DNA from: a virus
Taxonomy: Duplodnaviria; Caudoviricetes
Virus record (IMG/VR): IMGVR_UViG_3300017747_002499
Coordinates: 1 to 31,875 of that record
Direction: 5' to 3' (one strand)
Length of the DNA stretch: 31,875 nt
Part shown: positions 17,985-25,112 of the stretch, piece after piece
Numbering within the stretch: the first letter of the stretch is position 1
How the letters are laid out: each line of letters begins with the position of its first letter
The notes under the pieces: generated by a model
Seen by the model: the letters and a program-made list of their open reading frames with translations, nothing else
What the model was told of the DNA's origin: nothing
The model's database searches: none
Made by a program: the position numbers and the translations under genes

Positions 17985-18259
17985 ACGCCGACGACATCCT
18001 CGCCACGGCGGCGAACCTCGTGGGGGGTTCTCGCCACGAAACCCACGGGGACAAGCACCAATGCTTCGGGCTGATCGCCAGGTTCTGGTCCGACTATCTC
18101 GAATGCGAGGTTAAGCCAGAGGACGTGGCTTGCATGATGGGCCTTGTGAAAATCGCCCGGATCGCCACGGGCAAGCACAACCCCGACAACTGGATCGATC
18201 TCGCGGGATACGCGGCCTGCGGGGGTGAAATTGCGGAGCGGGCCAATGATCCGCGATGA
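17981..18259 (+). CDS. DUF6378 family protein
   Basis: R...HG......IA..WS.YL...DVA.MM..VKIAR...DNWIDLAGYAACG. Confidence 0.8.
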   Translation: MNADDILATAANLVGGSRHETHGDKHQCFGLIARFWSDYLECEVKPEDVACMMGLVKIARIATGKHNPDNWIDLAGYAACGGEIAERANDPR

Positions 18260-18677
18260 CCTGATAAAGGCTGACCTCAAGCGCGACGAGGGGTATCGCC
18301 CGCATGTCTACCTTGACAGCGAGGGTTACGAAACCATCGGTCACGGCATTCTCGTGGACAAGCGGAAGCCTGGTTCTGGCCTTACGCCATTCGAGGCGGG
18401 CTGGCTTCTAGACCGGCGGGTTGACGAGCGGATTCTCGACATGGATCGGGCCATTGGTTGGTGGCGCGACCTACCGGAGCCCGCCTCGCGTGGGCTGGCC
18501 AACATGGTTTATCAGCTTGGCCTGTCCGGCGTTCTGAAGTTCAAGAACATGCTGGCCGCTCTGAAGGCCGGCGACTTCGCCCAAGCGGCAGAGGCCGCGC
18601 TGGATTCCAAGTGGGCGCGTCAGACGCCCGAACGCGCCAAGCGCATCGCGCATCTGTTTCAATCCTGCAAGGAGTAA
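18246..18677 (+). CDS. Endolysin, GH24/T4-type lysozyme
   Basis: E-x8-D-x5-T triad in DEGYRPHVYLDSEGYETIGHG; NMVYQLG and DSKWARQTPERA motifs. Confidence 0.92.
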   Translation: MIRDDLIKADLKRDEGYRPHVYLDSEGYETIGHGILVDKRKPGSGLTPFEAGWLLDRRVDERILDMDRAIGWWRDLPEPASRGLANMVYQLGLSGVLKFKNMLAALKAGDFAQAAEAALDSKWARQTPERAKRIAHLFQSCKE

Positions 18678-18681
18678 CCCC

Positions 18682-18891
18682 ATGTTTTCCTACCTCGCGC
18701 AGCTTCTTGAGAGCCGCACCATCTGGACGCTGGCCGTTACCGCGATCAGCAGTGTCCTGACCTCCGTGTTCGGCCCCGACTTCGGGCTCACCCCGGAACA
18801 GCAGACCAACATCCTCACCGGCCTCATCACGGTCGGCACCGTCGCGGCCGGCTACTTCCGCGCACGGGCGACGAAGGTGATTGGGCAATGA
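18682..18891 (+). CDS. Putative holin
   Basis: 69 aa with two TM segments and a basic C-terminus; AAGGAG RBS; next to the endolysin. Confidence 0.7.
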   Translation: MFSYLAQLLESRTIWTLAVTAISSVLTSVFGPDFGLTPEQQTNILTGLITVGTVAAGYFRARATKVIGQ

Positions 18892-19037
18892 GCAAGAGCA
18901 AACCCGCCACCAAATCCGGCTACGAGTACGACTGGGTGCATGGTCGCCGCTATCACAAGTTCGGCCCCGGCGTCGGGAAGTACACGAAGCGGTGCATGAA
19001 CAAGCGGTTCCGCCGCTTGCGGGAGTACGACATATGA
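18888..19037 (+). CDS. Small basic protein, 49 aa
   Basis: ATGA overlaps at both ends; MSKSKPATKSGYEYDWVHGRRYHKFGPGVGKYTKRCMNKRFRRLREYDI; too short for the ORF track. Confidence 0.6.
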   Translation: MSKSKPATKSGYEYDWVHGRRYHKFGPGVGKYTKRCMNKRFRRLREYDI

Positions 19038-19264
19038 GCCGCCTTGACGATCTAGAGCGGCGGGTGGCGGAACTGGAAACCCGCCTCGCCTACATCGACG
19101 CGAGGCACTACCAGGCTGCACCGTTCATCCCGTCTCAGCACTTGCCGCCCACGGATCGGTTGCGTGACCTTTACGACCGGGGCCGCCAAGTTCTCGGCCG
19201 CGAGCCTCACCCGGTCACGGCACCCACAGGCCCTATCCCCAGCCCCGGCGGGCGCTTCCCATGA
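19034..19264 (+). CDS. Hypothetical protein with short coiled coil
   Basis: GGGAG RBS, ATGA overlaps; LDDLERRVAELETRL. Confidence 0.55.
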   Translation: MSRLDDLERRVAELETRLAYIDARHYQAAPFIPSQHLPPTDRLRDLYDRGRQVLGREPHPVTAPTGPIPSPGGRFP

Positions 19265-19464
19265 CCCTCTTCCTTGTCGGCCTCGCCATGGTCATAGCCA
19301 TCGGGCTTTTCATGTTCCGATGGGGGCGCCGTTCCAAGGAAGCGGACGTGATGCAGAAGGTGAATGACGATGCCTACGTCGCCACGAAGATCAGGGAACA
19401 GGCTGAAGCTATGGGCTCTGATGGTGTCAGGAATGCTCTCAGGCTGCGCCGCACCAAGCGATAG
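19261..19464 (+). CDS. Putative i-spanin (Rz-like)
   Basis: N-terminal TM helix followed by a helical domain; overlaps a lipoprotein ORF. Confidence 0.65.
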   Translation: MTLFLVGLAMVIAIGLFMFRWGRRSKEADVMQKVNDDAYVATKIREQAEAMGSDGVRNALRLRRTKR

Positions 19465-19582
19465 CCTCTGCGTGTCGTTGACCCGGCCGCCTTATTCCGA
19501 TGCTGACGTTTCGGTTATTTCGGATGGGCTGGCCGAGTGGCTGCTGATCGCTGACACCGTGATTGAAGAGCGGTGTCCGTGA
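19364..19582 (+). CDS. Putative o-spanin (Rz1-like lipoprotein)
   Basis: Lipobox MLSG/C after a hydrophobic stretch; overlaps the i-spanin 3' end in another frame; start uncertain. Confidence 0.65.
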   Translation: MTMPTSPRRSGNRLKLWALMVSGMLSGCAAPSDSLCVSLTRPPYSDADVSVISDGLAEWLLIADTVIEERCP

Positions 19583-19674
19583 CTCCCATGCAAGCCGGCC
19601 TTATCGGTTGGGGTCTCATCATCGTGGGTGCCCTTCTTCTCTTCTTCCTTCTCGAATGGTACATCGCGCCATGA
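19579..19674 (+). CDS. Single-TM micropeptide, 31 aa
   Basis: GTGA overlap with the o-spanin; MTPMQAGLIGWGLIIVGALLLFFLLEWYIAP. Confidence 0.45.
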   Translation: MTPMQAGLIGWGLIIVGALLLFFLLEWYIAP

Positions 19675-19873
19675 CCTTCGCCCTATGCGCGAGCATCATG
19701 CGGACAGCGACGACAGCAGGCCCCGGAATGTCACGGTCGCCCTTCTCCCATCGCCGGATGGTGCGACCAGAGGATACCTCCAAGGCTTTCGCCATGCCCT
19801 CGGCACTCAATCCGAGAGCATGGCGGGCGGCGCGGAAGCCGGCGGGGGTGGAGGGGTCAATGGACCGAGACAA
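19619..19873 (-). CDS. XRE-family HTH regulator
   Basis: TTG start 6 nt after GGAG; TPAGFRAARHALGLSAEGMAKAL...RTIRRWEKGDRDIPGP. Confidence 0.8.
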   Translation of the reverse strand: MSRSIDPSTPAGFRAARHALGLSAEGMAKALEVSSGRTIRRWEKGDRDIPGPAVVAVRMMLAHRAKVMARCTIREGRREEGHPR

Positions 19874-20114
19874 GAAGTTCTCCGTCGCGCAGGAACCGGC
19901 TGGCGACCTGTTCGTGGCCGTCCCGCCCGTCGTAGGGCAGGCTATCGGCCTCGGCCTCCTGCTCGGCGGTGAACACCACGGTTCGATACTCTCCCGTGGC
20001 CACGCGGATAACCGCGACCGTTTCGTCCTTACGCAGAGCGGCGACGAAAGAGGACGCCTCGGCATCGCCGCTCGCAACGTAGATGCTGTCGATTTTGAAT
20101 GTGCTGGGGATCAT
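19857..20114 (-). CDS. Hypothetical protein co-transcribed with the HTH gene
   Basis: GGAG RBS, own promoter upstream; 85 aa, acidic. Confidence 0.65.
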   Translation of the reverse strand: MIPSTFKIDSIYVASGDAEASSFVAALRKDETVAVIRVATGEYRTVVFTAEQEAEADSLPYDGRDGHEQVASRFLRDGELLVSVH

Positions 20115-20162
20115 CTGACTTGCTCCATTTCTGGCGGGCACCATTGCCCTGTCGATGTGTGG

Positions 20163-20191
20163 AGAATAGGTCCATCGGTCCTATCCGTCAA
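20163..20191 (-). promoter_or_regulatory. Sigma70 promoter containing a palindromic operator
   Basis: TTGACG-17 nt-TATTCT; inverted repeat ATAGGTCC-ATC-GGTCCTAT at 20166-20184. Confidence 0.75.
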
Positions 20192-20215
20192 CAACTATTT
20201 TCGGGGGGGGGTATC

Positions 20216-20320
20216 GTGACCGAATGGATGTACGACCCCACCCTTGTCGCCGCGCTGCATTGCGTACCCGTAATTATTGGGTTCGCCGTCGCGCTCCTGA
20301 CCATCCGGTGGCGGCGATGA
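20216..20320 (+). CDS. Single-TM micropeptide, 34 aa
   Basis: G-run RBS; MTEWMYDPTLVAALHCVPVIIGFAVALLTIRWRR; ATGA overlap with the next ORF. Confidence 0.45.
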   Translation: MTEWMYDPTLVAALHCVPVIIGFAVALLTIRWRR

Positions 20321-20375
20321 TGCTGCTCCTCATGATCGTGTGTATGGCCGCCATCGTCCTGGCGGGGGCGGGAGA

Positions 20376-20819
20376 GTGACCATCGCCGCCATCTTGACGG
20401 TCCTCGCCGCGGCATGGCGTTTCGCGGACGGCAGGGGATGGGGTGGGCGAACGACGGTGCGGAACGCCGTTGGGCTGGCGATTGCGCTAAGCTGCGCCTA
20501 CGTCGGCCTCGGTCTCACATGGCAGGCGGGCGTCTGCGCTGTGCTGGCGTGGGTCTCGATGATTGCCGGTTATACCGACTGGCCCCGGTGGGAGGTCTCT
20601 GTAGCGCGATATGCGGGGCCTACAGCGGCCATCGCGCTTCTGGCGTCCACGGTAGCACCGCCCGCCCCATGCGTGCTCTACGCGGCCGGCGGCGTCGTCG
20701 TTGCCGGCATCTATGTCCTGCTCCACCGCACCCGTGATTTCGGATGGAACACCGCTGTCTGTGAGGTCGCTGCCGGCGCGGTCATCGTCGGGGGGCTTTC
20801 GTGGCTGTCTATCGCGTAG
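20376..20819 (+). CDS. Multi-pass membrane protein
   Basis: GTG start in a GTGA overlap; 4-5 hydrophobic segments. Confidence 0.6.
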   Translation: MTIAAILTVLAAAWRFADGRGWGGRTTVRNAVGLAIALSCAYVGLGLTWQAGVCAVLAWVSMIAGYTDWPRWEVSVARYAGPTAAIALLASTVAPPAPCVLYAAGGVVVAGIYVLLHRTRDFGWNTAVCEVAAGAVIVGGLSWLSIA

Positions 20820-21004
20820 TCCACCGCGACCATGACGGCCCCGTTCCCGACGATGTTGACTGGTACGTCGAGGAAGACGGCCGGGACCAGCCCATGGGCC
20901 ACTTCAGGACGGAACGTCTGGCGTGCCTGTTTCTATCGGATTATCTCCGGTATCTGGCGGGGATGAGGAAACGGCCGGCGAGCACGGCGCAGAAGTATCT
21001 GTGA
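20801..21004 (+). CDS. Hypothetical protein
   Basis: 67-aa ORF ending the rightward run. Confidence 0.4.
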   Translation: MAVYRVVHRDHDGPVPDDVDWYVEEDGRDQPMGHFRTERLACLFLSDYLRYLAGMRKRPASTAQKYL

Positions 21005-21212
21005 GCCGTAGGGCGCGGATGGTCTCCGCTGCTGCATCAAGGCTATCATTCCAGCCGTCGTCGATATTGTCCTTCATTAACTCGCACTGCCTTGCCGCCC
21101 TCTCCCGCATATCCTCGGCTCCTGCCCGGTAGGCGTCGGCAAGTAGTTGGTGGGCTTCCTGTCGGGCCGCCGCCGTTAGCGCGTCGTGCAGGTAGCCGTC
21201 AAGGGCGCTCAC
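20904..21212 (-). CDS. Hypothetical protein
   Basis: AAGGAG RBS; AEDMRERAA...A..IRAL pattern common in small phage early proteins. Confidence 0.55.
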   Translation of the reverse strand: MSALDGYLHDALTAAARQEAHQLLADAYRAGAEDMRERAARQCELMKDNIDDGWNDSLDAAAETIRALRLTDTSAPCSPAVSSSPPDTGDNPIETGTPDVPS

Positions 21213-21403
21213 CTCATCTCTCCTTCCGGTGCGGGGCGGATGGCCTTGACCGCGTGAGGTCGGACATCATCCGGTCGCCAGCGTCTTCGCCAGCAAAGCC
21301 TGCGACCCATGCCGCTGCTTGTTTCAGCATATCACCAGCAGCACCCGGTCTGACAGTTCCCGCGAGCCCGGCCCGGCTTCCAGGGCGGCGATAAGGTCAT
21401 CCA

Positions 21404-21592
21404 TCACAGCCCCCTCCATCCCGCCTTGATCATCCTGAGTATCCATTCCAGGAGAGGTTCCTTCCCGACATCCTCCCACCCATACGACATCGTCACATGC
21501 TCCAACTGCATACCTGATTTCTCCTGGTAGATGTAACGGCCCCATCGCCCTTCGATGGAGCGGCGTTCTGTAAAGCCGCGCTCATCGCCCAT
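21404..21592 (-). CDS. Hypothetical protein
   Basis: AGGAG RBS; MGDERGFTERR... 62 aa. Confidence 0.55.
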   Translation of the reverse strand: MGDERGFTERRSIEGRWGRYIYQEKSGMQLEHVTMSYGWEDVGKEPLLEWILRMIKAGWRGL

Positions 21593-21605
21593 GGTGTCTG
21601 GTCTC

Positions 21606-21785
21606 CTATGCTGTGGGGGTGGGGGAAAAGCGGCTGGGGGTCTCAATCGTCATCGTGACGGGAACCCTCGATATGCTGTTCAGCATGTCCAGCAGTTCCT
21701 CGGGAGGCGTTCCCCCGGTGGATGCCACGCGCAGAAAGCCGCCGCCGCCGAATGTAAACACCACGTCGTATTTGGCCTCGCTCAT
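21606..21785 (-). CDS. Hypothetical protein, 59 aa
   Basis: AGGAG RBS; MSEAKYDVVFTFGGGG...; too short for the ORF track. Confidence 0.55.
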   Translation of the reverse strand: MSEAKYDVVFTFGGGGFLRVASTGGTPPEELLDMLNSISRVPVTMTIETPSRFSPTPTA

Positions 21786-21941
21786 GTCGTTGCTCCTATG
21801 CTGTGTGATGTGGGGTGTGCCGACTCTCGTGCGGGTCGGGCACCGTCGCCGGTTCGCAAGAATCGGCCCGTTCGCTCGAGGTAATCGGCGGATTTCTGCG
21901 GGTTTCGTGGGTTTCTGCGCTCGCGAGAGCCCGGCGTGGTC

Positions 21942-22006
21942 CGGTTTGCTAAACCGTTATACGGGGTAAACCCGTATCGGGGGTTCGAATCCCCCTCCCT
22001 CCGCCA
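21942..22006 (+). other. attP core: 3' portion of tRNA-Ser(GCT)
   Basis: CGGT-TTGCTAA-ACCG anticodon arm, long variable arm, GGGGG-TTCGAAT-CCCCC T arm, TCCCTCC-G-CCA end; no D arm or 5' acceptor strand; 52 nt from the integrase stop. Confidence 0.9.
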
Positions 22007-22058
22007 ATTACAATCACTTAGCACCATCTTTCCGAACGGTTCCAAGGCTCGCGATTCC

Positions 22059-23096
22059 TTACACTGTGCCGACATTTGTGCGGGTGCCGTACTTGGCCTG
22101 CTCCGCTTCGTCGGGCGTCAGGTAGGCCAGATAAAGCTCCGTCGTGCGGATGCTCGAGTGGCCAAGGATTTGTTGCAGGGCGTAGATGTTGCCGCCGCGC
22201 TTCAGGTAATCGACGGCGAACCAATGGCGCAGATCGTGGAACCGGAAGGCCCGGCTGATCGCCCCGTCCTCGAGAGCCTTGGCGACGATGGCCCGGAACC
22301 TCGAGGCGATGTTGAGGTATCGAGCGCCCTTGTCGTGCCAGAAAACGTACTTGCCGGTGATGTGCTGGGGTGTGCCGAGATATGTGCCGAGGGCTCTATC
22401 GTCCAACGGGACCGCTCGAGGGCGCGATGTCTTGGTCTTGGTCAGCATCGCCACCCGCCGTTCGGTGTCCACCTGGGGCCGCTCGAGTGCGGCGCATTCC
22501 TCTTGGCGCATGCCGGTCTGCTGTGCCCACCGGGTCATCCGGCCCATGCCGGGCGGGCACCTCGAGACAACCACGTCAATGTCGGCCTCGAGCGGCATCG
22601 TGATAGGCTCCCGCCGCTCCCTGAGCATGCTGCGTTCGTAAGTCTTTGCCGGGTTGGTCTCGAGCCATCCCCAGCCGACACACGCGCTCAGGACGCTCGA
22701 GAGGGCCGTTAGGTCGCGGCGGATCGTGGCGTTGCTGGCCTTCTGCTTCTTCCGGCCTGAAACGAAGCCCGCAATCAGCTTGCGGTCGATCTCGTCAATG
22801 TACTTCGTCTCGAGCCAGGGGGACGCCCGGCGTAGGGATACCTGATAGCGGTTGGCCGTCGCCGGCTTCAGGTGGGGTGCCTGTTCTTCCATCCATCGTC
22901 CCTGCGCCGCTTTCCAGGAATGCCGGGCCTCGCCGTCGAAGCGGACCTTCTGGGCATCCTCGATCATCTTCTTGCGGCGTCGCCGGGCCTCCGCCCAATC
23001 GTTTGTTCGTAAACTCTTTCGTATCTCATGTCCTCGGACAGAGATTCGGCCGTATAGGACGCCCCCGCGTCGATAGATATTGCGCTCGCGCGACAT
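22059..23096 (-). CDS. int: Tyrosine integrase
   Basis: TGMRQEE (R), KTKT (K), FHDLRH (HxxR), LGHS (H) and TELY (Y) catalytic motifs; N-terminal arm-binding region. Confidence 0.95.
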   Translation of the reverse strand: MSRERNIYRRGGVLYGRISVRGHEIRKSLRTNDWAEARRRRKKMIEDAQKVRFDGEARHSWKAAQGRWMEEQAPHLKPATANRYQVSLRRASPWLETKYIDEIDRKLIAGFVSGRKKQKASNATIRRDLTALSSVLSACVGWGWLETNPAKTYERSMLRERREPITMPLEADIDVVVSRCPPGMGRMTRWAQQTGMRQEECAALERPQVDTERRVAMLTKTKTSRPRAVPLDDRALGTYLGTPQHITGKYVFWHDKGARYLNIASRFRAIVAKALEDGAISRAFRFHDLRHWFAVDYLKRGGNIYALQQILGHSSIRTTELYLAYLTPDEAEQAKYGTRTNVGTV

Positions 23097-23272
23097 GCCT
23101 CTGCCTCCCGTTGGCGTATCCACTGCCCGATCCTAGCAGGGTCGAACGTCCAGACGCGACCGAACCGGGCGGCGCTCGGAATCTCCCCTCGAGCGGCCAT
23201 CTTCTGAATAGCCCGCGCCGTGAAGCCGATCTTGGCGGCCACGTAGCTCGAGCGAACACGCTCCCGCGTCAT
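22964..23272 (-). CDS. xis: Excisionase-like winged-HTH protein
   Basis: VAAKIGFTARAIQKMAARGEIPSAARFGRVWTF; overlaps the integrase start. Confidence 0.75.
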   Translation of the reverse strand: MTRERVRSSYVAAKIGFTARAIQKMAARGEIPSAARFGRVWTFDPARIGQWIRQREAEACRASAISIDAGASYTAESLSEDMRYERVYEQTIGRRPGDAARR

Positions 23273-23303
23273 GTCGCCGCCTCGGGTACGGTCAGCAGCA
23301 TCT

Positions 23304-23690
23304 CTAGGCGTCCTTCGCGATGGCCGTCACCGCCCTGTAGACGGCCCTGGCCTCATCAATGGTAGCGACTTCAGCCGTGTGGTAGTCCTTCCCAAGAACG
23401 GCCGACAACTTTCCGTAAACGGCACGCCGGCTCATCCGCCCGGACTTCCAGAGTGGGTCTAAAATGCGGTGGATGTGCTGGCGAGCCCGCTTTATTTCGG
23501 GCGTCGGGATGCAGCCGAGCGGCTTTGTCGGATTGTCGGTCTTATGATGGCATCCGACGAAGTTGCCGCAGGCGTCGCATTTCCAGAACGGCAACTCACG
23601 GAGGTCCGTGCGGTGTGGGTAGATTTCGGCGCCGTTGGTGAGCCGCGCTGCCACCGTCTGCCCACATCCGCAGCAATGCAGGTCCGGCAT
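23304..23690 (-). CDS. DUF3268-like zinc-finger protein
   Basis: CCGC...WKCDAC...VGCH...PLG...H..LDPLW motifs. Confidence 0.75.
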   Translation of the reverse strand: MPDLHCCGCGQTVAARLTNGAEIYPHRTDLRELPFWKCDACGNFVGCHHKTDNPTKPLGCIPTPEIKRARQHIHRILDPLWKSGRMSRRAVYGKLSAVLGKDYHTAEVATIDEARAVYRAVTAIAKDA

Positions 23691-23692
23691 CT

Positions 23693-23863
23693 CTAGGCGT
23701 CCTTATCCCCGGCCGGCTGGTATTTGTCGCACCAGTCCGTGCCCCCCCGATCAAGCGGCGATTTTTGCCGTGGGTGCTCGCACATTCCCGAATCCGGGAT
23801 GACGCTAAACGGCGGACCACTCAATGGCGCCCAGAACCGGCACGTCTCGCACGTCTCACTCAT
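23693..23863 (-). CDS. Small four-Cys protein, 56 aa
   Basis: MSETCETCRFW...GMC...DWCDKY; AAGGA RBS. Confidence 0.6.
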   Translation of the reverse strand: MSETCETCRFWAPLSGPPFSVIPDSGMCEHPRQKSPLDRGGTDWCDKYQPAGDKDA

Positions 23864-24158
23864 TGGAGGCGTCCTTATCCCCGAGTGCGGCGAGCCTCAA
23901 CGTCAGCCTGCGCCAAATGACTCGCCATTCGAGCGAAAGGATTTGGCTAGTTGCCATTTCGTCCAATCGTTCCTTCGTCTCTCGCGCCAGTCCCGCCACC
24001 TCCTCCAGTAGGGCGAGACGCTTGCGGTCTGCGTCGATCCGAGCGAAAAGGCCCTCGACCGCGTCACGGTTCAGCCAGTAGCGATTGCCGTTGTCGTAGG
24101 GGCCGGCGAGTGCGCGCATCTCGGCCAATTCCTCATCCGTCAGCGGTTCCGCGTTCAT
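23856..24158 (-). CDS. Hypothetical protein
   Basis: Overlapping start/stop junctions; PLTDEELAEMRA start. Confidence 0.6.
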   Translation of the reverse strand: MNAEPLTDEELAEMRALAGPYDNGNRYWLNRDAVEGLFARIDADRKRLALLEEVAGLARETKERLDEMATSQILSLEWRVIWRRLTLRLAALGDKDASNE

Positions 24159-24625
24159 CGGCGGCTATCCCGATAATCGAACTCAGCCTTCAGCGCCCGC
24201 AGCTTCTCGCAGGCAGCGGGGTTCGCGGCGAAGTCGGCGCGGGAGGCGATGTGGCAGCGATTGATGATGTATGCGCGGGCATTCTTGTCCGGCGGAAGAC
24301 TCTCATCGTGCCATTCGATCCGCACCCAATCCTGGAACAGCGGATCACGGCACAGCGCATGCGCCATCCTTACGCAGGTCTGCCCCTCTGTCTTTTCAGG
24401 CTTGGACCCTTCGACGTAGCCGTCATTACCGCCGTAGATGTGGTCGGCCTTCGTCTGTTCGTCCTCGATACGGGCCAAAGCCATGGCGAAACGCTCGCCG
24501 GTCTTGCCGTATCTCAGCCCCTTGAACGGGTGGACCTCACCCTCGGGGAGCAAAAACGTCACCGTCTGGCCGCTGTTGGAATTGTCGGACCAGCGGAGCA
24601 ACCTTACTTCTAGCGTCTCAGTCAT
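24155..24625 (-). CDS. Conserved hypothetical phage protein
   Basis: MTETLEVRLLRWSD...LCRDPLFQDW...CHIASRAD; coupled junctions. Confidence 0.7.
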   Translation of the reverse strand: MTETLEVRLLRWSDNSNSGQTVTFLLPEGEVHPFKGLRYGKTGERFAMALARIEDEQTKADHIYGGNDGYVEGSKPEKTEGQTCVRMAHALCRDPLFQDWVRIEWHDESLPPDKNARAYIINRCHIASRADFAANPAACEKLRALKAEFDYRDSRR

Positions 24626-24800
24626 CACCACAACCCCAGCCAGATGCCCCAGCCGTGGAAGACGGCGACGGGCGCGAAGATGGCCCCGGCGATCAGGAAC
24701 CCCCATTCGCCTTGCGTGAAACAGACGTAATGTGGGTGATCCATCCGCCAACCGAGGCGATGGCCATTACAGGGATAAAAAGAAACCAAAGGTTAGTCAT
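24625..24800 (-). pseudogene. Small membrane protein gene with a 1-nt frameshift (or sequencing error)
   Basis: MTNLWFLFIPVMAIASVGGWITHI continues in another frame as VCFTQGEWGFLIAGAIFAPVAVFHGWGIWLGLW; the span is 176 nt, one short of 59 codons. Confidence 0.6.
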
Positions 24801-25108
24801 CGCCCTTCCTTCCAATGCTTGTAAAGTTCCCGCGCCAGCGCCCGGAAGGCGGCCCGCAACACGCTATCGGGCGCATGCTCGCGCAGCATCGATATCTCCC
24901 CCAGGTGATGCCCCCGGCTGTGCAGGTGGTGGATGACCGGGATTGCTTCGTCGTCGGCTGACTTCAGCCCCTTGCCGCGCGTCCCGATGTGCATGGGGTC
25001 CACGCCTTCGTAATCGCCACCCGTGACGCCCGTCAGCAGGCACGGCTGCGTGCGGAGGTAGTCCAGATACTTCCGGTCCCTGATGGGCTCGCGGGTGGCG
25101 TATTTCAT
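24797..25108 (-). CDS. DUF968 / HNHc-like protein
   Basis: RDRKYLDYLRTQPC...HI...GKGLKSADDEAIP...H...H. Confidence 0.7.
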   Translation of the reverse strand: MKYATREPIRDRKYLDYLRTQPCLLTGVTGGDYEGVDPMHIGTRGKGLKSADDEAIPVIHHLHSRGHHLGEISMLREHAPDSVLRAAFRALARELYKHWKEGR

Positions 25109-25112
25109 GGCG

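Noticed and set aside
19845-19862. Apparent frameshift or missing start for the HTH gene
   Set aside because: An in-frame TTG at 19873 with GGAG 6 nt upstream gives a normal start.
21324-21404. Short ORF MDDLIAALEAGPGSRELSDRVLLVIC as a truncated gene
   Set aside because: It resembles the start of a common phage protein, but I could not reconstruct a convincing continuation, so it was not annotated.
21915-22006. Complete phage-encoded tRNA-Ser gene
   Set aside because: No GGAGGGA 5' acceptor strand or D arm upstream; only the anticodon-to-CCA part is present, which fits attP.
21936-22712. 258-aa plus-strand ORF across attP and int
   Set aside because: Antisense to the integrase, starts in the tRNA fragment, and has no recognisable features.
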